A stretch of DNA of 36,594 nt, taken from Nemertoderma westbladi. Lineage: Eukaryota; Animalia; Xenacoelomorpha. Made by a program: the position numbers and the translations under genes. Position 1 is the stretch's first letter. Each line of letters begins with the position of its first letter. The notes beneath the pieces are model-generated. The model had not been told where the DNA came from and ran no database searches. It saw only the letters and a list, made by a program, of their open reading frames with translations. The stretch is from the NCBI GenBank assembly GCA_032718475.1, contig JAUCBJ010004694.1, positions 1-36,594 on the forward strand, read 5' to 3'. Below are positions 1-13,730 of this stretch, in pieces.

Positions 1-454
1 GGCGAGCCCTGGAATGTCTGTAATTGTATATTCTTCGTTTGTTATTGATGCTTTGCGAGGATAAGGACGGCTTCGGTTGGGACGAGAACTTAAGAGATAG
101 ATCCCTATACTGTATATGAATTAATTTCTGTCTTAGATCTATAGAAGAGCGGTATATAAATAGTTAATAATAATATCTAGAGTTCTCCATGTTAGATCAT
201 TAGTCTAGGTGTTTCGATCGGTTTAGGCTCTTCAGCAGCACTGCCATGTGCTGGACACCACAAAGGTGTCCCCAATATAGTGGGCGGAGAGCAGGTGGCG
301 GTAACAAAAATGTCGCTGTCCCAACTGCTGACATTCCCGGATAGTGTACGTGAGTTAATTTTGGTTGGTGGCAGACATATAATAATAATAATAAATTAAT
401 TATTAATAATAATAATAATACAACAACCATCGGCCCCAACGACACCTTGGTAGA

Positions 455-660
455 ACAATAGTAGTTCTTATAATTATTAAAGTAGGCGGATCCCGTTTTA
501 TTTGGACATCTAATACGTATATGTTTTCCGTCTATGGCGCCACAACATCCTGGATATTGCCAAATCCGTCCAAACTCATCTGCAGATGTCTTATAAAATT
601 CTTCATCTGGTTCAGCCATAGAGATGGGTTGAAGAATATTCCAAATTGCTCTACCAACCA
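455..660 (-). pseudogene. PIF/Harbinger DDE transposase (HARBI1-like) fragment
   Basis: Translation RAIWNILQP...FGRIWQYPGCCGAIDGKHIRIRCPNKTGSAYFNNYKNYY matches the recalled Harbinger motif F/YPxCxGAIDGKHIxIxCP..SGSxYxNYK; truncated at both ends. Confidence 0.85.
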
Positions 661-663
661 TAC

Positions 664-1130
664 CAAGAAACAATGGTATTTGATGGACCAAATGAGTTTC
701 TTGGAGGATTCATTCGCCCATATAGCAATGGAGGGTAACTTTTCGGCGGACAATGGCTGCGAGGATTCGTTTTCTAGTGATCATCATCATGCTATTCAAT
801 TGTCATCGGTACAATCAACCAATCTATCAACATCTTCACTATCATCGCATCAGCCTCAAAACCAATCAAACACTAAATCGACACCAACATGCAATATTTA
901 CAAACCAACTAACAACAAACAACAGAACGTCAATGAAAATAAATTTGGAAAGTTCATTACTAGAGTTTATTGATAAAAGGAACAAACGTGAAAGTGTCCT
1001 CACGACCCAACAATTAATTTCTTCAAAGGCTTGTTGCCAGAGATCACCAAATTAACACCCTCCAATCTGCGGAATTTTAAGCAACAATGTGTACTCTACT
1101 TCTTAATTCTTAACTCAACATTGGACTCCC
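664..1130 (+). pseudogene. Probable remnant of the Harbinger accessory MADF/Myb-SANT ORF
   Basis: KKQWYLMDQMSFLED resembles the C-terminal helix of MADF domains (WYLxxxMSFL); followed by an S/T/Q-rich linker, with frameshifts; abuts the transposase fragment. Confidence 0.55.
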
Positions 1131-1577
1131 TGGAACGTAATGATATCGCTACTGATTATCCATACATTAATTTATAATATTATTGAAATCAACATTATAA
1201 TATACAGTAATTTAATAGAAAATTTCATAAATTAATGAATTATTATACTACTTAAAGCTACTATTACATTTAATATGTATATTAAATACATAGGTCCTAC
1301 CGGTAGGCATAACTTTATAGCAATATAAAATCTACCTTAGTGTAAGGACAAGCTTTTCCTCAGGTGGAATCGATTTCCTGAAAGATGTATGAGGTTTCTG
1401 GATTAGTCCTCTAATCAGCTCCAACAAAATATCAAAGGTAGCAGCTAATCGACATACGACATAAATTTGATCATTTGAAAATTTGTCATTGTCTTCTCAT
1501 ATTTCTTCGTATAAAGAAGACATTGCACCCATAGAACTTATTTTCAAGTTAATGGAATGGACCTACTGGCGTTTCTT

Positions 1578-2982
1578 TATGCTAAGGTTAACGCTGAATC
1601 ACCAGCCGATCTCCTCAATGGTTGAAAGGCCCACTTTAAAAAGCTCCTCAATAATGACAGGGTATTGCCTGATAACTTTATAGAAGTAAAAGTGTCTGAG
1701 TCTGTACTCCCAGACATTCCCATTGGTGATATCTCCTTTGCAGAAGTGAAGGCTGCTGCAAAGAGCATTAAGACCAATCGTGCCAGTGGAGTAGATGGTG
1801 TTCCCCCTGAGGTCTTTAAAATACCTGAGTGTTTAAAGCTCATCTATGCCATCATAGTAGACATGTACCGAACAACAAGAGTCCCACAAGAAATGAAAAC
1901 AAATAAGTTGGTGCCAGTTCCCAAGAAGGGCAACCTAACACTCTATGGTTCTTTTCGGGGAATCTCATTGATCTCGATAGCTGCAAAGCTATACAATCGA
2001 ATTCTATTAAATCGCATCAGGGATCCCATTGAGAGACTGCTCCGTGGAAATCAGAATGGGTTCCGTAAAGGTCGTGGGACCATGGAGCCCATTTTGGCAC
2101 TTAGAAGGATAATTGAAGAGTTATCAAAAAAGAAAGACAGGCATCTGGCTGTTATCTTTGTTGACTTCTTCAAGGCCTTTGATGCAGTCTCTCGCCCCCG
2201 TATGTTCAGCATACTTTCATTATAAGGGATTCCTGATGAAATTATAACAGCAATCAGATCAGTATACGATGGTTCGACAACATTTGTGTCTACCTACTGT
2301 TGACGGTGACACAGATCCATTTGAAGTGTTAAGGGGCGTCCTCCAGGGAGACACACTTGCTACATTCTTGTTCATAATTGTGGTTGACTATGTTCTACGC
2401 ATGTCCTTAGATCATCATAATGATGATGGGGTGATGATAACTCCACCTACTGGCTCCAGAAGTCGTGGAAATCCTGCCAAGTACCTAACTGATCTAGACT
2501 TTGCTGATGACTTAGGAGTACTCTCAGATTCACTAGAAGGAGCCCAACGGCTCCTCAGCTCATTAGAACAGGCTGCTTCTAGTGTTGGTCTTTTTATTAA
2601 CTCCAGAAAGACCAAAATGTTGACAGTTAACTTTGAAAGTCCTCAACAAGTCTCTGATCGGATGAGCATATGCTCAAAAGATGGTATGCTTGAGCATGTG
2701 GATGACTTCTGTTACCTGGGATCATGGATCCGGAAGTCAGGTGAGGACCTTCAAATACGTAAGGGAAAGGCATGTGCAGCCTTGAATAGGCTTTCCAGGA
2801 TTTGGAAGTCAACGAGAATTAATCGGAAACTTAAGGTCCGATTATTTAGAGCAGCAGTAGTTCCAGTACTCCTCTACGGGAGTCCATGCTGGGCTCTAAC
2901 TGCTGAGGACACCAAATCTCTGGATGGCACATTCACAAGAATGCTACGCCGGGTTCATTGTGTCAAGTACAATGCACACATC
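1578..2982 (+). mobile_element. RTE-like non-LTR retrotransposon, reverse transcriptase region, inactivated
   Basis: RT motifs KKGNL..FRGISL, NQNGFRKGR, FVDFFKAFD, GVLQGDTLA, LDFADD, FCYLGS. Lesions: TGA at 1623-1625, TAA at 2223-2225, and a 4-bp CTAC duplication near 2290 causing a frameshift. Identity with the copy at 29444 stops at 2982. Confidence 0.93.
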
Positions 2983-3609
2983 AGGATATTGGATTTCCTT
3001 ATAATAAAAAAGCTAACTTTTTATCTGAAATATAGGTGAAAAGTGTATATTTTAAATCGTCGCTGCTGGTAGTTATGGTAACTAGGTGATGTTAAAACCT
3101 TCACAGAATATTGGCAACTAACATACTATACCTGATTCAAGTTCTGACTTAATCGATATAAGTGTTCAGTTGTAAAATGAAAAATAAATGTATATATTTA
3201 AATGACATTACTGGTTGCTATGGTAATTGGCAGCAAAAAAAATTTCCTCAAAAGGTTAAAAATTTAACAATCTATAATTAGTGAAAATTTTGTGACCAGC
3301 ACATAGAGTGGAAAAAAGTTACTAAAGTTGAAAGTTACCCCCACTAAATTTTTACGCCTGCAGCAGCATTCCGGGTTGTGTTATAGTAGGTCATGTCGCC
3401 ACCTTAATTTTTTGTAAAAAAATTATTGGCAAATTGAAATTAAATTGCATAAATTATGTAATTTAAAATAACCTCAAACCAATGGGAATGCCCTTCAAGC
3501 AATATCAAACTGATTGGTCTAGCAATATCTAGACCAGTTTTTCCTGCCCAACACGAAATGAACTCCATTTTCCGTCCCAATAGTTATAAGAAAGTTATAA
3601 GAAGATTTT

Positions 3610-3842
3610 AATAAAGGCGGCAACCCTGCCACCCTGGAATGGTCAGCTGGTGGTCAGGATAATAAACCTTCAGACCGTACAGTATGTAAAGGCGGCACTC
3701 TGCCGCCCTGGGGGTTAACAGGTTAAGTTATAATTATATAAAGGCGGCACACTGCTGCCATTATGAGCATGGTACAGAATTATTTAGAATGAAAAAGCGG
3801 CAGTGTGCCGCCTTTTTTTAGTGTTGGTACACAAAGGGTTAA
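3610..3842. mobile_element. Possible end of a TTAA-type non-autonomous DNA transposon
   Basis: Four related palindromic motifs AAAGGCGGCA(c/a)nCTGCC(g)CC, and ends reading GGGTTAA (3712-3718, 3836-3842); no partner left end seen. Confidence 0.35.
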
Positions 3843-4121
3843 ATACAGAATTATGGTACGGGCCCAATACAGCAATACGGTTACGGTACGGTATAATGGT
3901 AGCCTATTGCATGTATTGCCTATTGCTGTATTGCAGTATTGCCTAGGCTGCTAGGCCTATTGCCTATATCCACTTCTGACGTAGACCTACCGGTATACTG
4001 TTATAGCATCCTGGCATACATCATACATGCCTACTGCTGTACTGGCTGCTAAAGTCTACCAGCAGAGCAGACCGGCTACCGGTCTGCCGGTGGATTCTAT
4101 AACGCTGTAACAGACTGACAG

Positions 4122-4331
4122 ATGGACGACATTTGGTCTCGGTTGGCTTCTGGGATACATGACACAATCTCTAACGTGGTACATTCTGTACAGAGACCGG
4201 ATGATGAAGGACATTTGGGACCAGCTGAAGAGACGATCGAAGATATTGTACCGGTAGTAATCCCTTCATCTAGCGCTACTGTCGACGATGTAGTTGATGA
4301 TATTATTGTGGAGGTTGGCAACAATGGAAAG
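4122..4331 (+). CDS. C2CD2L: C2CD2/C2CD2L-like gene, exon 1 (acidic N-terminus)
   Basis: ATG at 4122, 70 codons, donor AAG|GTTTGT, phase 0 and in frame with exon 2. Confidence 0.55.
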
Positions 4332-4767
4332 GTTTGTTTTCGGTTTCTGGGTTTGTTTAGCATTTAGCAGATAGGCCTAGTTGTTCTGACAATCTTACAC
4401 ATTGGGTTAGGCTGTTAGGTAGGCCTACTACCTGACTAGGCCTACTGTTGGTGTGTGGTTGCCAGGGTACGCAGGTACGCGTACGTACAGTTCTACAGTT
4501 TCTCTTTAAACCTTTACGGGACAACCAGACTACTGCCACTTACAGACTTACTTCCCACTTACCTAAATAAAGGCAAGGATAATGCCTGCAAGCCTGCAGT
4601 CAAGCAGTCAAGGTTAGGCCTAATCTGTTAATGAAAAAAGTGAAAAAAAAAGCAAAGAATAATACTGGTAGGCCTATATCACATCAAGCAAACAGTCCGC
4701 TGAGGTCGGAGGCGACCGAAAGGCTCCTCTTTTGATAATTGATAATATCTATTTTTCTTTCCCTTAG

Positions 4768-5151
4768 TCCCCCCTAGTAACCACAGCAGCTATGGCCTCG
4801 GCAACTCATCTTAAACTTCATTACGAATCAGTTAGACCTATCGTCGAACTTCTCAAACACAACAACCTCGATATTCTCGATATGTTCTGTATATCCTCGC
4901 TCGTTATAAGCCTCGCTACGCTCGTCTTTGTCGCCGTATTCGGGGGCTTCCTACGTCGCCGTTACCAAGGTAACTCTTCCTTGTATAAACTCCATCGCGA
5001 CGATCTCGCCACGTCAGCGGCTCCAGACGGCGTCGCTGATTGGATAACCGAGGTGGTCCGCGGTTACCTGAGTAACGGGCAGTCTATGCGGTCGCGGGAA
5101 CTCGTCACCATGGTAATCGCAAGTTTAAACGAGTCAGGGAAATCTTCCATT
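4768..5151 (+). CDS. C2CD2L: C2CD2/C2CD2L-like gene, exon 2 (TM helix and start of SMP domain)
   Basis: Acceptor ttttctttcccttag; TM segment SSLVISLATLVFVAVFGGFL followed by RRR; ASLNESGKSSI recalls TMEM24 ALNEQACRNGSSI; donor GTAAGT at 5152. Confidence 0.75.
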
Positions 5152-5459
5152 GTAAGTCGTTTTGTTTAATTATATAATATTAATTAGTTTGCAGGTTTTT
5201 TTCCAAATATTGGCCAATAGGCTATCGGCTATCAGACATTATTATGGAATCCTTGTAACGCTTAAGCTTTTTCTAATTATATAAATAAATCACGACTAAT
5301 GTTAATATTGGCGGCGATACAGAGGGTGTGATTTCACAAGAGACACTTAATTCGCTAAAAATATTATATATCTGCAACTACAAATTTAAATTTTCCGCCT
5401 CCTAATCCACCAATACAAATATAATTTCAGTCGTTTCTCCTGGTACTGGTATTATATAG

Positions 5460-5796
5460 CAGGGTTGCCACTCACGTGCTGGAATAGTCAGGGAATTTTT
5501 TATTCTCTTCAAATATCAGGGAATTCATGTAAAAAATTGATATACAGTACAGTCTGCTCGCTTCGCTCGCCATCCCATCTCCTAACATCATTAAGAATCA
5601 CTCTAATCTCCTCTTTGTCAGTAATTATTCATTGCTCTGTTAGTTGTGGTAGTTTGTCGCTTATTATATCTATGTAAATTTGTTTTTAATATAATAAAAC
5701 GGTCAGAAATTTAATAATAAAGTGGCCAATATATTCAGCGTTCTATAGTCAGCGAAAGTCGGGGAAAATTGAAACTCAAATAGAGTGGCAACCTTT
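5460..5796. mobile_element. MITE / non-autonomous DNA transposon
   Basis: Inverted termini CAGGGTTGCCACTC (5460) and GAGTGGCAACC (5783-5793); internal TCAGGGAATT repeats; no TSD seen. Confidence 0.45.
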
Positions 5797-6509
5797 TTTC
5801 CCAAAGAGATCTTCCAGTGAGATGGGCCGAGAGTTGCCACGACATACCCTGCAGTAGGAACCTGTGGGAGCGGGGCTCGTGCGTCACGGTGTCGGTGTGG
5901 AGACCGGGGCCCAGGAAGGAAGACTTCTCGAAGGGCACTCAGTGGAATAATGTCCCCGCCCAATCGCGAGTTCTTCCCCAACTCGGCCCCGTCTGCAGAG
6001 CGGCCACATGGTTACTATGGGGATCTGTTGGCGGTGACTAGGTGACTGCTGGGCTGGCCGAGAGCGAGGTGATCCGCCACTGTGTCGGCCCTGAGGAATG
6101 GTCAGGGCCGGGTTCGAGCCCGGGACACAGGCACAAGAGTTGGTAATCTGAAAATGACACTATAGTATGGGTCATGGAGGATCGATGCGGTCGAAATGGG
6201 GAGAAATAGTGTGAAACTTTGCTTTTGGAATGTGAAAATTGGGTTCGGAACGTGAAAATTTCACAGGATTTTGTAAAACGAAACCCTGATTTGGTTTTAA
6301 TTGACCGATGTAGCCTAACTAATTAATTAAACTGGGTATCATACTATTTAGTAATTACTAACTGTACCTTTTATTCTACATTACTATATATCAAAACTCT
6401 TTATATTACTATAAAACACGAGGGATAACGTAATTGTCGGAGCTTTAGTTTCTATGAGAAATCAATAAAATTTAATAGGTTATAAACTAAATGAAAGCTC
6501 GAAAATTTG

Positions 6510-6770
6510 TATATGTCTATATATGTCTATGTCTATAGTCTATATGAAACACCATAATCTGTAGCAAAGCAAAAGAGTCGGGGGCGACCCGATGGATCCT
6601 CTTTCGATAGCTGCTACCCGAGGAAGGGGTGGGAGCTACTCCTATCCCAAATTTAGCTCCCAATGCTCCCATCTCCCTCATTTTATCGACCTGAACTGAG
6701 TGGACCCTGGTAGGGTTCGAACCTACAACCAATAGATTGCAGGACCAGCGCTCAACCAACTGTAAAGCTG
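6510..6770 (-). mobile_element. tRNA-derived SINE
   Basis: Minus strand: A-box-like CAGTTGGTTGAGC, anticodon-like CTGCAAT, B-box GGTTCGAACCC, then GGTCGATAAAATGAG (resembles a conserved SINE body motif) and an (ATAGAC)n tail; no intact acceptor stem. Confidence 0.7.
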
Positions 6771-7454
6771 TATATAATAGTTAACATAATAACAGGATAT
6801 CCTTGAACCCTTTATCTTATACTTCACCCCTAAAATGTCCCAAATGAAAAAATAGAATATTAGCAATTGTGGTTACAGTTAATCTTCTCTATTATTAATT
6901 GCTTTTTTTATAAATTCTGTAATTACTCAGCTTCAGCTGTATAACACAAAAACATTTATCCAAATTATTCGAAAATATTTGAAGATATGTGGGTTTGAAG
7001 GGCTTCGGATCGAAACAGAAAACCATAAACTGTCCCCTCATGTAACCAGCGTTACAGCCAATAGCATTAAATAGTTGGTGCCTCAGTGAAACAATAACAG
7101 TTCCAAAATCGCCTTTGAAGATTATTTCTTTTGATGTAGAATGTTTTCATACGCAACACTTATAATGTGTGTTTGGGAGTGTCAGTCGTACTATTAACTG
7201 TCTCACTATCACACGTAACACTGCCTGTAACCAGGTTCTCATTACATTTACATGGTTACAGGCAACTAAATGTCCCACGCTTGTTAGTTCTTAGGTAACC
7301 AATTATCCAAAATATGTAAAAACAAGCGTTACAGGTATAGTAGACAGAAAGGGACAAGCAATATTTAATATTTACATTTTTTGTTCATTTTTCTGTGTAT
7401 TTATTTCCCCATCTATATTAATATCTAATATACTTATTATTTTCCTATCTGCAC

Positions 7455-10400
7455 TCTTTATTTAACTAGCTGACTTCTTTATTTCACTATAATTAAACTC
7501 TTTATTTAACTAGCTCACTTCTTTATTTCACTATAACTAAACTCATTATTTAACTAGCTGACTTCTTTATTTCACTATAATTAAACTCTTTATTTAACTA
7601 GCTGACTTCTTTATTTCACTATAATTAAACACTTTATTTAATTAGCTCACTTCTTTATTTCACTATAATTAAACTCTTATTTAACTAGCTCACTTCTTTA
7701 TTTCACTATAATTAAACTCTTTATTTAACTAGCTGACTTCTTTATTTCACTATAATTAAACTCTTTATTTAACTAGCTGGCTTCTTTATTTGACTAATTA
7801 AACTCTATTTAACTAGCTGACTTCTTTATTTCACTATAATTAAACTCTTTATTTAACTAGCTGACTTCTTTATTTGACTAATTAAACTCTTTATTTAACT
7901 AGCTGACTTCTTTATTTCACTATAATTAAACTCTTTATTTAACTAGCTGACTTCTTTATTTCACTATAATTAAACTCTTTATTTAACTAGCTGACTTCTT
8001 TATTTCACTATAATTAACTCTTTATTTAACTAGCTGACTTCTTTATTTGACTAATTAAACTCTTTATTTAACTAGCTGACTTCTTTATTTCACTATAATT
8101 AAACACTTTATTTAATTAGCTCACTTCTTTATTTGACTAATTAAACTCTATTTAACTAGCTGACTTCTTTATTTCACTATAATTAAACTCTTTATTTAAC
8201 TAGCTGACTTCTTTATTTGACTAATTAAACTCTTTATTTAACTATCTCACTTATTTATTTCACTATAATTAAACTCTTTATTTAACTAGCTGGCTTCTTT
8301 ATTTGACTAATTAAACTCTATTTAACTAGCTGACTTCTTTATTTCACTATAATTAAACTCTTTATTTAACTAGCTGACTTCTTTATTTGACTAATTAAAC
8401 TCTTTATTTAACTAGCTGACTTCTTTATTTCACTATAATTAAACTCTTTATTTAACTAGCTGACTTCTTTATTTCACTATAATTAAACTCTTTATTTAAC
8501 TAGCTGACTTCTTTATTTCACTATAATTAAACTCTTTATTTAACTAGCTGGCTTCTTTATTTGACTAATTAAACTCTATTTAACTAGCTGACTTCTTTAT
8601 TTCACTATAATTAAACTCTTTATTTAACTAGCTGACTTCTTTATTTGACTAATTAAACTCTTTATTTAACTATCTCACTTCTTTATTTCACTATAAGTAA
8701 ACTCTTTATTTAACTAGCTGGCTTCTTTATTTGACTAATTAAACTCTATTTAACTAGCTGACTTCTTTATTTCACTATAATTAAACTCTTTATTTAACTA
8801 GCTGACTTCTTTATTTGACTAATTAAACTCTTTATTTAACTAGCTGACTTCTTTATTTCACTATAATTAAACTCTTTATTTAACTAGCTGACTTCTTTAT
8901 TTCACTATAATTAAACTCTTTATTTAACTAGCTGACTTCTTTATTTCACTATAATTAAACTCTTTATTTAACTAGCTGACTTCTTTATTTCACTATAATT
9001 AAACACTTTATTTAATTAGCTCACTTCTTTATTTCACTATAATTAAACTCTTTATTTAATTAGCTCACTTCTTTATTTCACTATAATTAAACTCTTATTT
9101 AACTAGCTCACTTCTTTATTTCACTATAATTAAACTCTTTATTAAACTGTCTCACTTCTTTATTTCACTATAATTAAACTCTTATTTAATTAGCTGACTT
9201 CTTTATTTCACTATAATTCAACTCTTTATTTAACTAGCTGACTTCTTTATTTCACTATAATTAAACTCTTTATTTAACTAGCTCACTTCTTTATTTCACT
9301 ATAATTAAACTCTTATTTAACTAGCTCACTTCTTTATTTCACTATAATTAAACTCTTTATTAAACTGTCTCACTTCTTTATTTCACTATAATTAAACTCT
9401 TATTTAATTAGCTCACTTATTTATTTCACTATAATTAAACACTTTATTTAACTAGCTGAATTCTTTATTTCACTATAATTAAACTCTTTATTTAACTAGC
9501 TGACTTCTTTATTTCACTATAATTAAACTCTTTATTTAACTAGCTGACTTCTTTATTTCACTATAATTAAACTCTTTATTTAACTAGCTGACTTCTTTAT
9601 TTCACTATAATTAAACACTTTATTTAATTAGCTCACTTCTTTATTTCACTATAATTAAACTCTTATTTAACTAGCTCACTTCTTTATTTCACTATAATTA
9701 AACTCTTTATTAAACTGTCTCACTTCTTTATTTCACTATAATTAAACTCATTATTTAACTAGCTGACTTCTTTATTTCACTATAATTAAACTCTTTATTT
9801 AACTAGCTGACTTCTTTATTTCACTATAATTAAACTCTTTATTTAACTAGCTGACTTCTTTATTTCACTATAATTTAACTCTTTATTTAATTAGCTCACT
9901 TCTTTATTTCACTATAATTAAACTCTTTATTTAACTAGCTGACTTCTTTATTTCACTATAATTAAACACTTTATTTAATTAGCTCACTTCTTTATTTCAC
10001 TATAATTAAACTCTTATTTAACTAGCTCACTTCTTTATTTCACTATAATTAAACTCTTTATTTAACTAGCTGACTTCTTTATTTCACTATAATTAAACTC
10101 TTTATTTAACTAGCTGGCTTCTTTATTTGACTAATTAAACTCTATTTAACTAGCTGACTTCTTTATTTCACTATAATTAAACTCTTTATTTAACTAGCTG
10201 ACTTCTTTATTTGACTAATTAAACTCTTTATTTAACTAGCTGACTTCTTTATTTCACTATAATTAAACTCTTATTTAACTCTTTATTTAATTAGCTCACT
10301 TCTTTATTTCACTATAATTAAACTCTTTATTTAACTAGCTGACTTCTTTATTTCACTATAATTAAACTCTTATATAACTAGCTGGCTTCTTTATTTGACT

Positions 10401-13400
10401 AATTAAACTCTTTATTTAACTAGCTGACTTCTTTATTTCACTATAATTAAACTCTTTATTTAACTAGCTGACTTCTTTATTTGACTAATTAAACTCTTTA
10501 TTTAACTAGCTGACTTCTTTATTTCACTATAATTAAACTCTTTATTTAACTAGCTGGCTTCTTTATTTGACTAATTAAACTCTTTATTTAACTAGCTGAC
10601 TTATTTATTTCACTATAATTAAACTCTTTATTTAACTAGCTGGCTTCTTTATTTCACTATAATTAAACTCTTTATTTAACTAGCTGACTTCTTTATTTCA
10701 CTATAATTAAACTCTTTATTTAACTATCTGGCTTCTTTATTTGACTAATTAAACTCTTTATTTAACTAGCTGACTTCTTTATTTCACTATAATTAAACTC
10801 TTTATTTAACTAGCTGACTTATTTATTTCACTATAATTAAACTCTTTATTTAACTAGCTCACTTCTTTATTTCACTATAATTAAACTCTTTATTAAACTA
10901 TCTCACTTCTTTATTTCACTATAATTAAACTCTTTATTAAACTATCTCACTTCTTTATTTCACTATAATTAAACTCTTTATTTAACTAACTGACTTCTTT
11001 ATTTCACTATTAAACTATTTATTTAACTAGCTCACTTCTTTATTTCACTATAATTAAACTCATTATTTAACTAGCTGACTTCTTTATTTGACTAATTAAA
11101 CTCTTTATTTAACTAGCTGACTTCTTTATTTCACTATAATTAAACTCTTTATTTAACTAGCTCACTTCTTTATTTCACTACTGTTAAACTCTTTATTTAA
11201 CTAGCTCACTTCTTTATTTCACTATAATTAAACTCTTTATTTAACTAGCTGACTTCTTTATTTCACTATAATTAAACTCTTTATTTAACTAGCTGGCTTC
11301 TTTATTTGACTAATTAAACTCTTTATTTAACTAGCTGACTTCTTTATTTCACTATAATTAAACTCTTTATTTAACTAGCTGGCTTCTTTATTTGACTAAT
11401 TAAACTCTTTATTTAACTAGCTGACTTCTTTATTTCACTATAATTAAACTCTTTATTTAACTAGCTGACTTCTTTATTTCACTATAATTAAACTCTTTAT
11501 TTAACTAGCTGACTTCTTTATTTGACTAATTAAACTCTTATTTAACTAGCTCACTTCTTTTTTTCACTATAATTAAACTCTTTATTTAACTAGCTGACTT
11601 CTTTATTTGACTATAATTAAACTATTTATTTAATTAGCTCACTTCTTTATTTCACTATAATTAAACTCTTTATTTAACTAGCTGACTTCTTTATTTGACT
11701 AATTAAACTCTTATTTAACTAGCTGACTTCTTTATTTGACTAATTAAACTCTTTATTTAACTAGCTGACTTCTTTATTTCACTATAATTAAACACTTTAT
11801 TTAATTAGCTCACTTCTTTATTTCACTATAATTAAACTCTTTATTTAACTAGCTGACTTCTTTATTTGACTATAATTAAACTATTTATTTAAATAGCTCA
11901 CTTCTTTATTTCACTATAATTAAACTCTTTATTTAACTAGCTGACTTCTTTATTTCACTATAATTAAACTCTTTATTTAACTAGCTGACTTCTTTATTTG
12001 ACTAATTAAACTCTTATTTAACTAGCTCACTTCTTTATTTCACTATAATTAAACTCTTTATTTAACTATCTGGCTTCTTTATTTGACTAATTAAACTCTT
12101 TATTTAACTAGCTGACTTCTTTATTTCACTATAATTAAACTCTTATTTAACTAGCTCACTTCTTTATTTCACTATAATTAAACTCTTTATTTAACTAGCT
12201 GACTTCTTTATTTGACTATAATTAAACTATTTATTTAAATAGCTCACTTCTTTATTTCACTATAATTAAACTCTTTATTTAACTAGCTGACTTCTTTATT
12301 TCACTATAATTAAACTCTTATTTAACTAGCTCACTTCTTTATTCCACTATAATTAAACTCTTTATTTAACTAGCTGACTTCTTTATTTCACTATAATTAA
12401 ACTCTTTATTTAACTAGCTGACTTCTTTATTTCACTATAATTAAACTCTTTATTTAACTAGCTGACTTATTTATTTCACTATAATTAAACTCTTTATTTA
12501 ACTAGCTGACTTATTTATTTCACTATAATTAAACTCTTTATTTAACTAGCTGACTTCTTTATTTCACTATAATTAAACTCTTATTTAACTAGCTGACTTC
12601 TTTATTTCACTATAATTAAACTCTTTATTTAACTAGCTCACTTCTTTATTCCACTATAATTAAACTCTTTATTTAACTAGCTCACTTCTTTATTCCACTA
12701 TAATTAAACTCTTTATTTAACTAGCTCACTTCTTTATTCCACTATAATTAAACTCTTTATTTAACTAGCTGACTTCTTTATTTCACTATAATTAAACTCT
12801 TTATTTAACTAGCTCACTTCTTTATTCCACTATAATTAAACTCTTTATTTAACTAGCTGACTTCTTTATTTCACTATAATTAAACTCTTTATTTAACTAG
12901 CTGACTTCTTTATTTCACTATAATTAAACTCTTTATTTAACTAGCTCACTTCTTTATTTCACTATAATTAAACTCTTTATTTAACTAGCTCACTTCTTTA
13001 TTTCACTATAATTAAACTCTTTATTTAACTAGCTCACTTCTTTATTCCACTATAATTAAACTCTTTATTTAACTAGCTGACTTCTTTATTTCACTATAAT
13101 TAAACTCTTTATTTAACTAGCTGACTTCTTTATTTCACTATAATTAAACTCTTTATTTAACTAGCTCACTTCTTTATTTCACTATAATTAAACTCTTTAT
13201 TTAACTAGCTGACTTCTTTATTTCACTATAATTAAACTCTTTATTTAACTAGCTGACTTCTTTATTTCACTATAATTAAACTCTTTATTTAACTAGCTGA
13301 CTTCTTTATTTCACTATAATTAAACTCTTTATTTAACTAGCTCACTTCTTTATTCCACTATAATTAAACTCTTTATTTAACTAGCTGACTCTTTATTTCA

Positions 13401-13427
13401 CTATAATTAAACTCTTTATTTAACTAG
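7455..13427. repeat. Intronic 44-bp satellite, about 135 copies
   Basis: Unit ACTCTTTATTTAACTAGCTGACTTCTTTATTTCACTATAATTAA, a dimer of ~21 and ~23 bp CTTTATTT subunits, with 42-bp TTGACTAATT variants in patterned blocks. Confidence 0.98.
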
Positions 13428-13532
13428 AAGGAATCCGGTGTCACAATAACATTCGACAACGTCCACCCCACTGGAACGGTTCCCAAGGTAACCAACATCC
13501 GTTTAACTTCCAGCCAATCAGCGAATGATTTG
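13428..13532 (+). CDS. C2CD2L: C2CD2/C2CD2L-like gene, exon 3 (SMP domain)
   Basis: KESGVTITFDNVHPTGTVPKVTNIRLTSSQSANDL, 105 nt, phase 0-0; acceptor TAG supplied by the last satellite unit (NAGNAG TAG-AAG); donor GTTAGT. Confidence 0.78.
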
Positions 13533-13730
13533 GTTAGTTTTACATGAGGAACTATTTTTTTCCCAATAGCTTCACACACGTTTTTTTCCCTAAAGGTTTT
13601 CCGATTTCTTATTTTTTATACGTCTAACGTAAATATATTAGTTTGATATTTCCGCCAATACTAATTAATTAATTACCTCTAATTAATAGATATTATTAAT
13701 TATTTCCTTAATGTTATTTATATTTTTTAG

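Noticed and set aside
6700-6770. Functional tRNA-Cys(GCA) gene
   Set aside because: Acceptor and anticodon stems do not pair properly, and it continues into a SINE-like body and tail.
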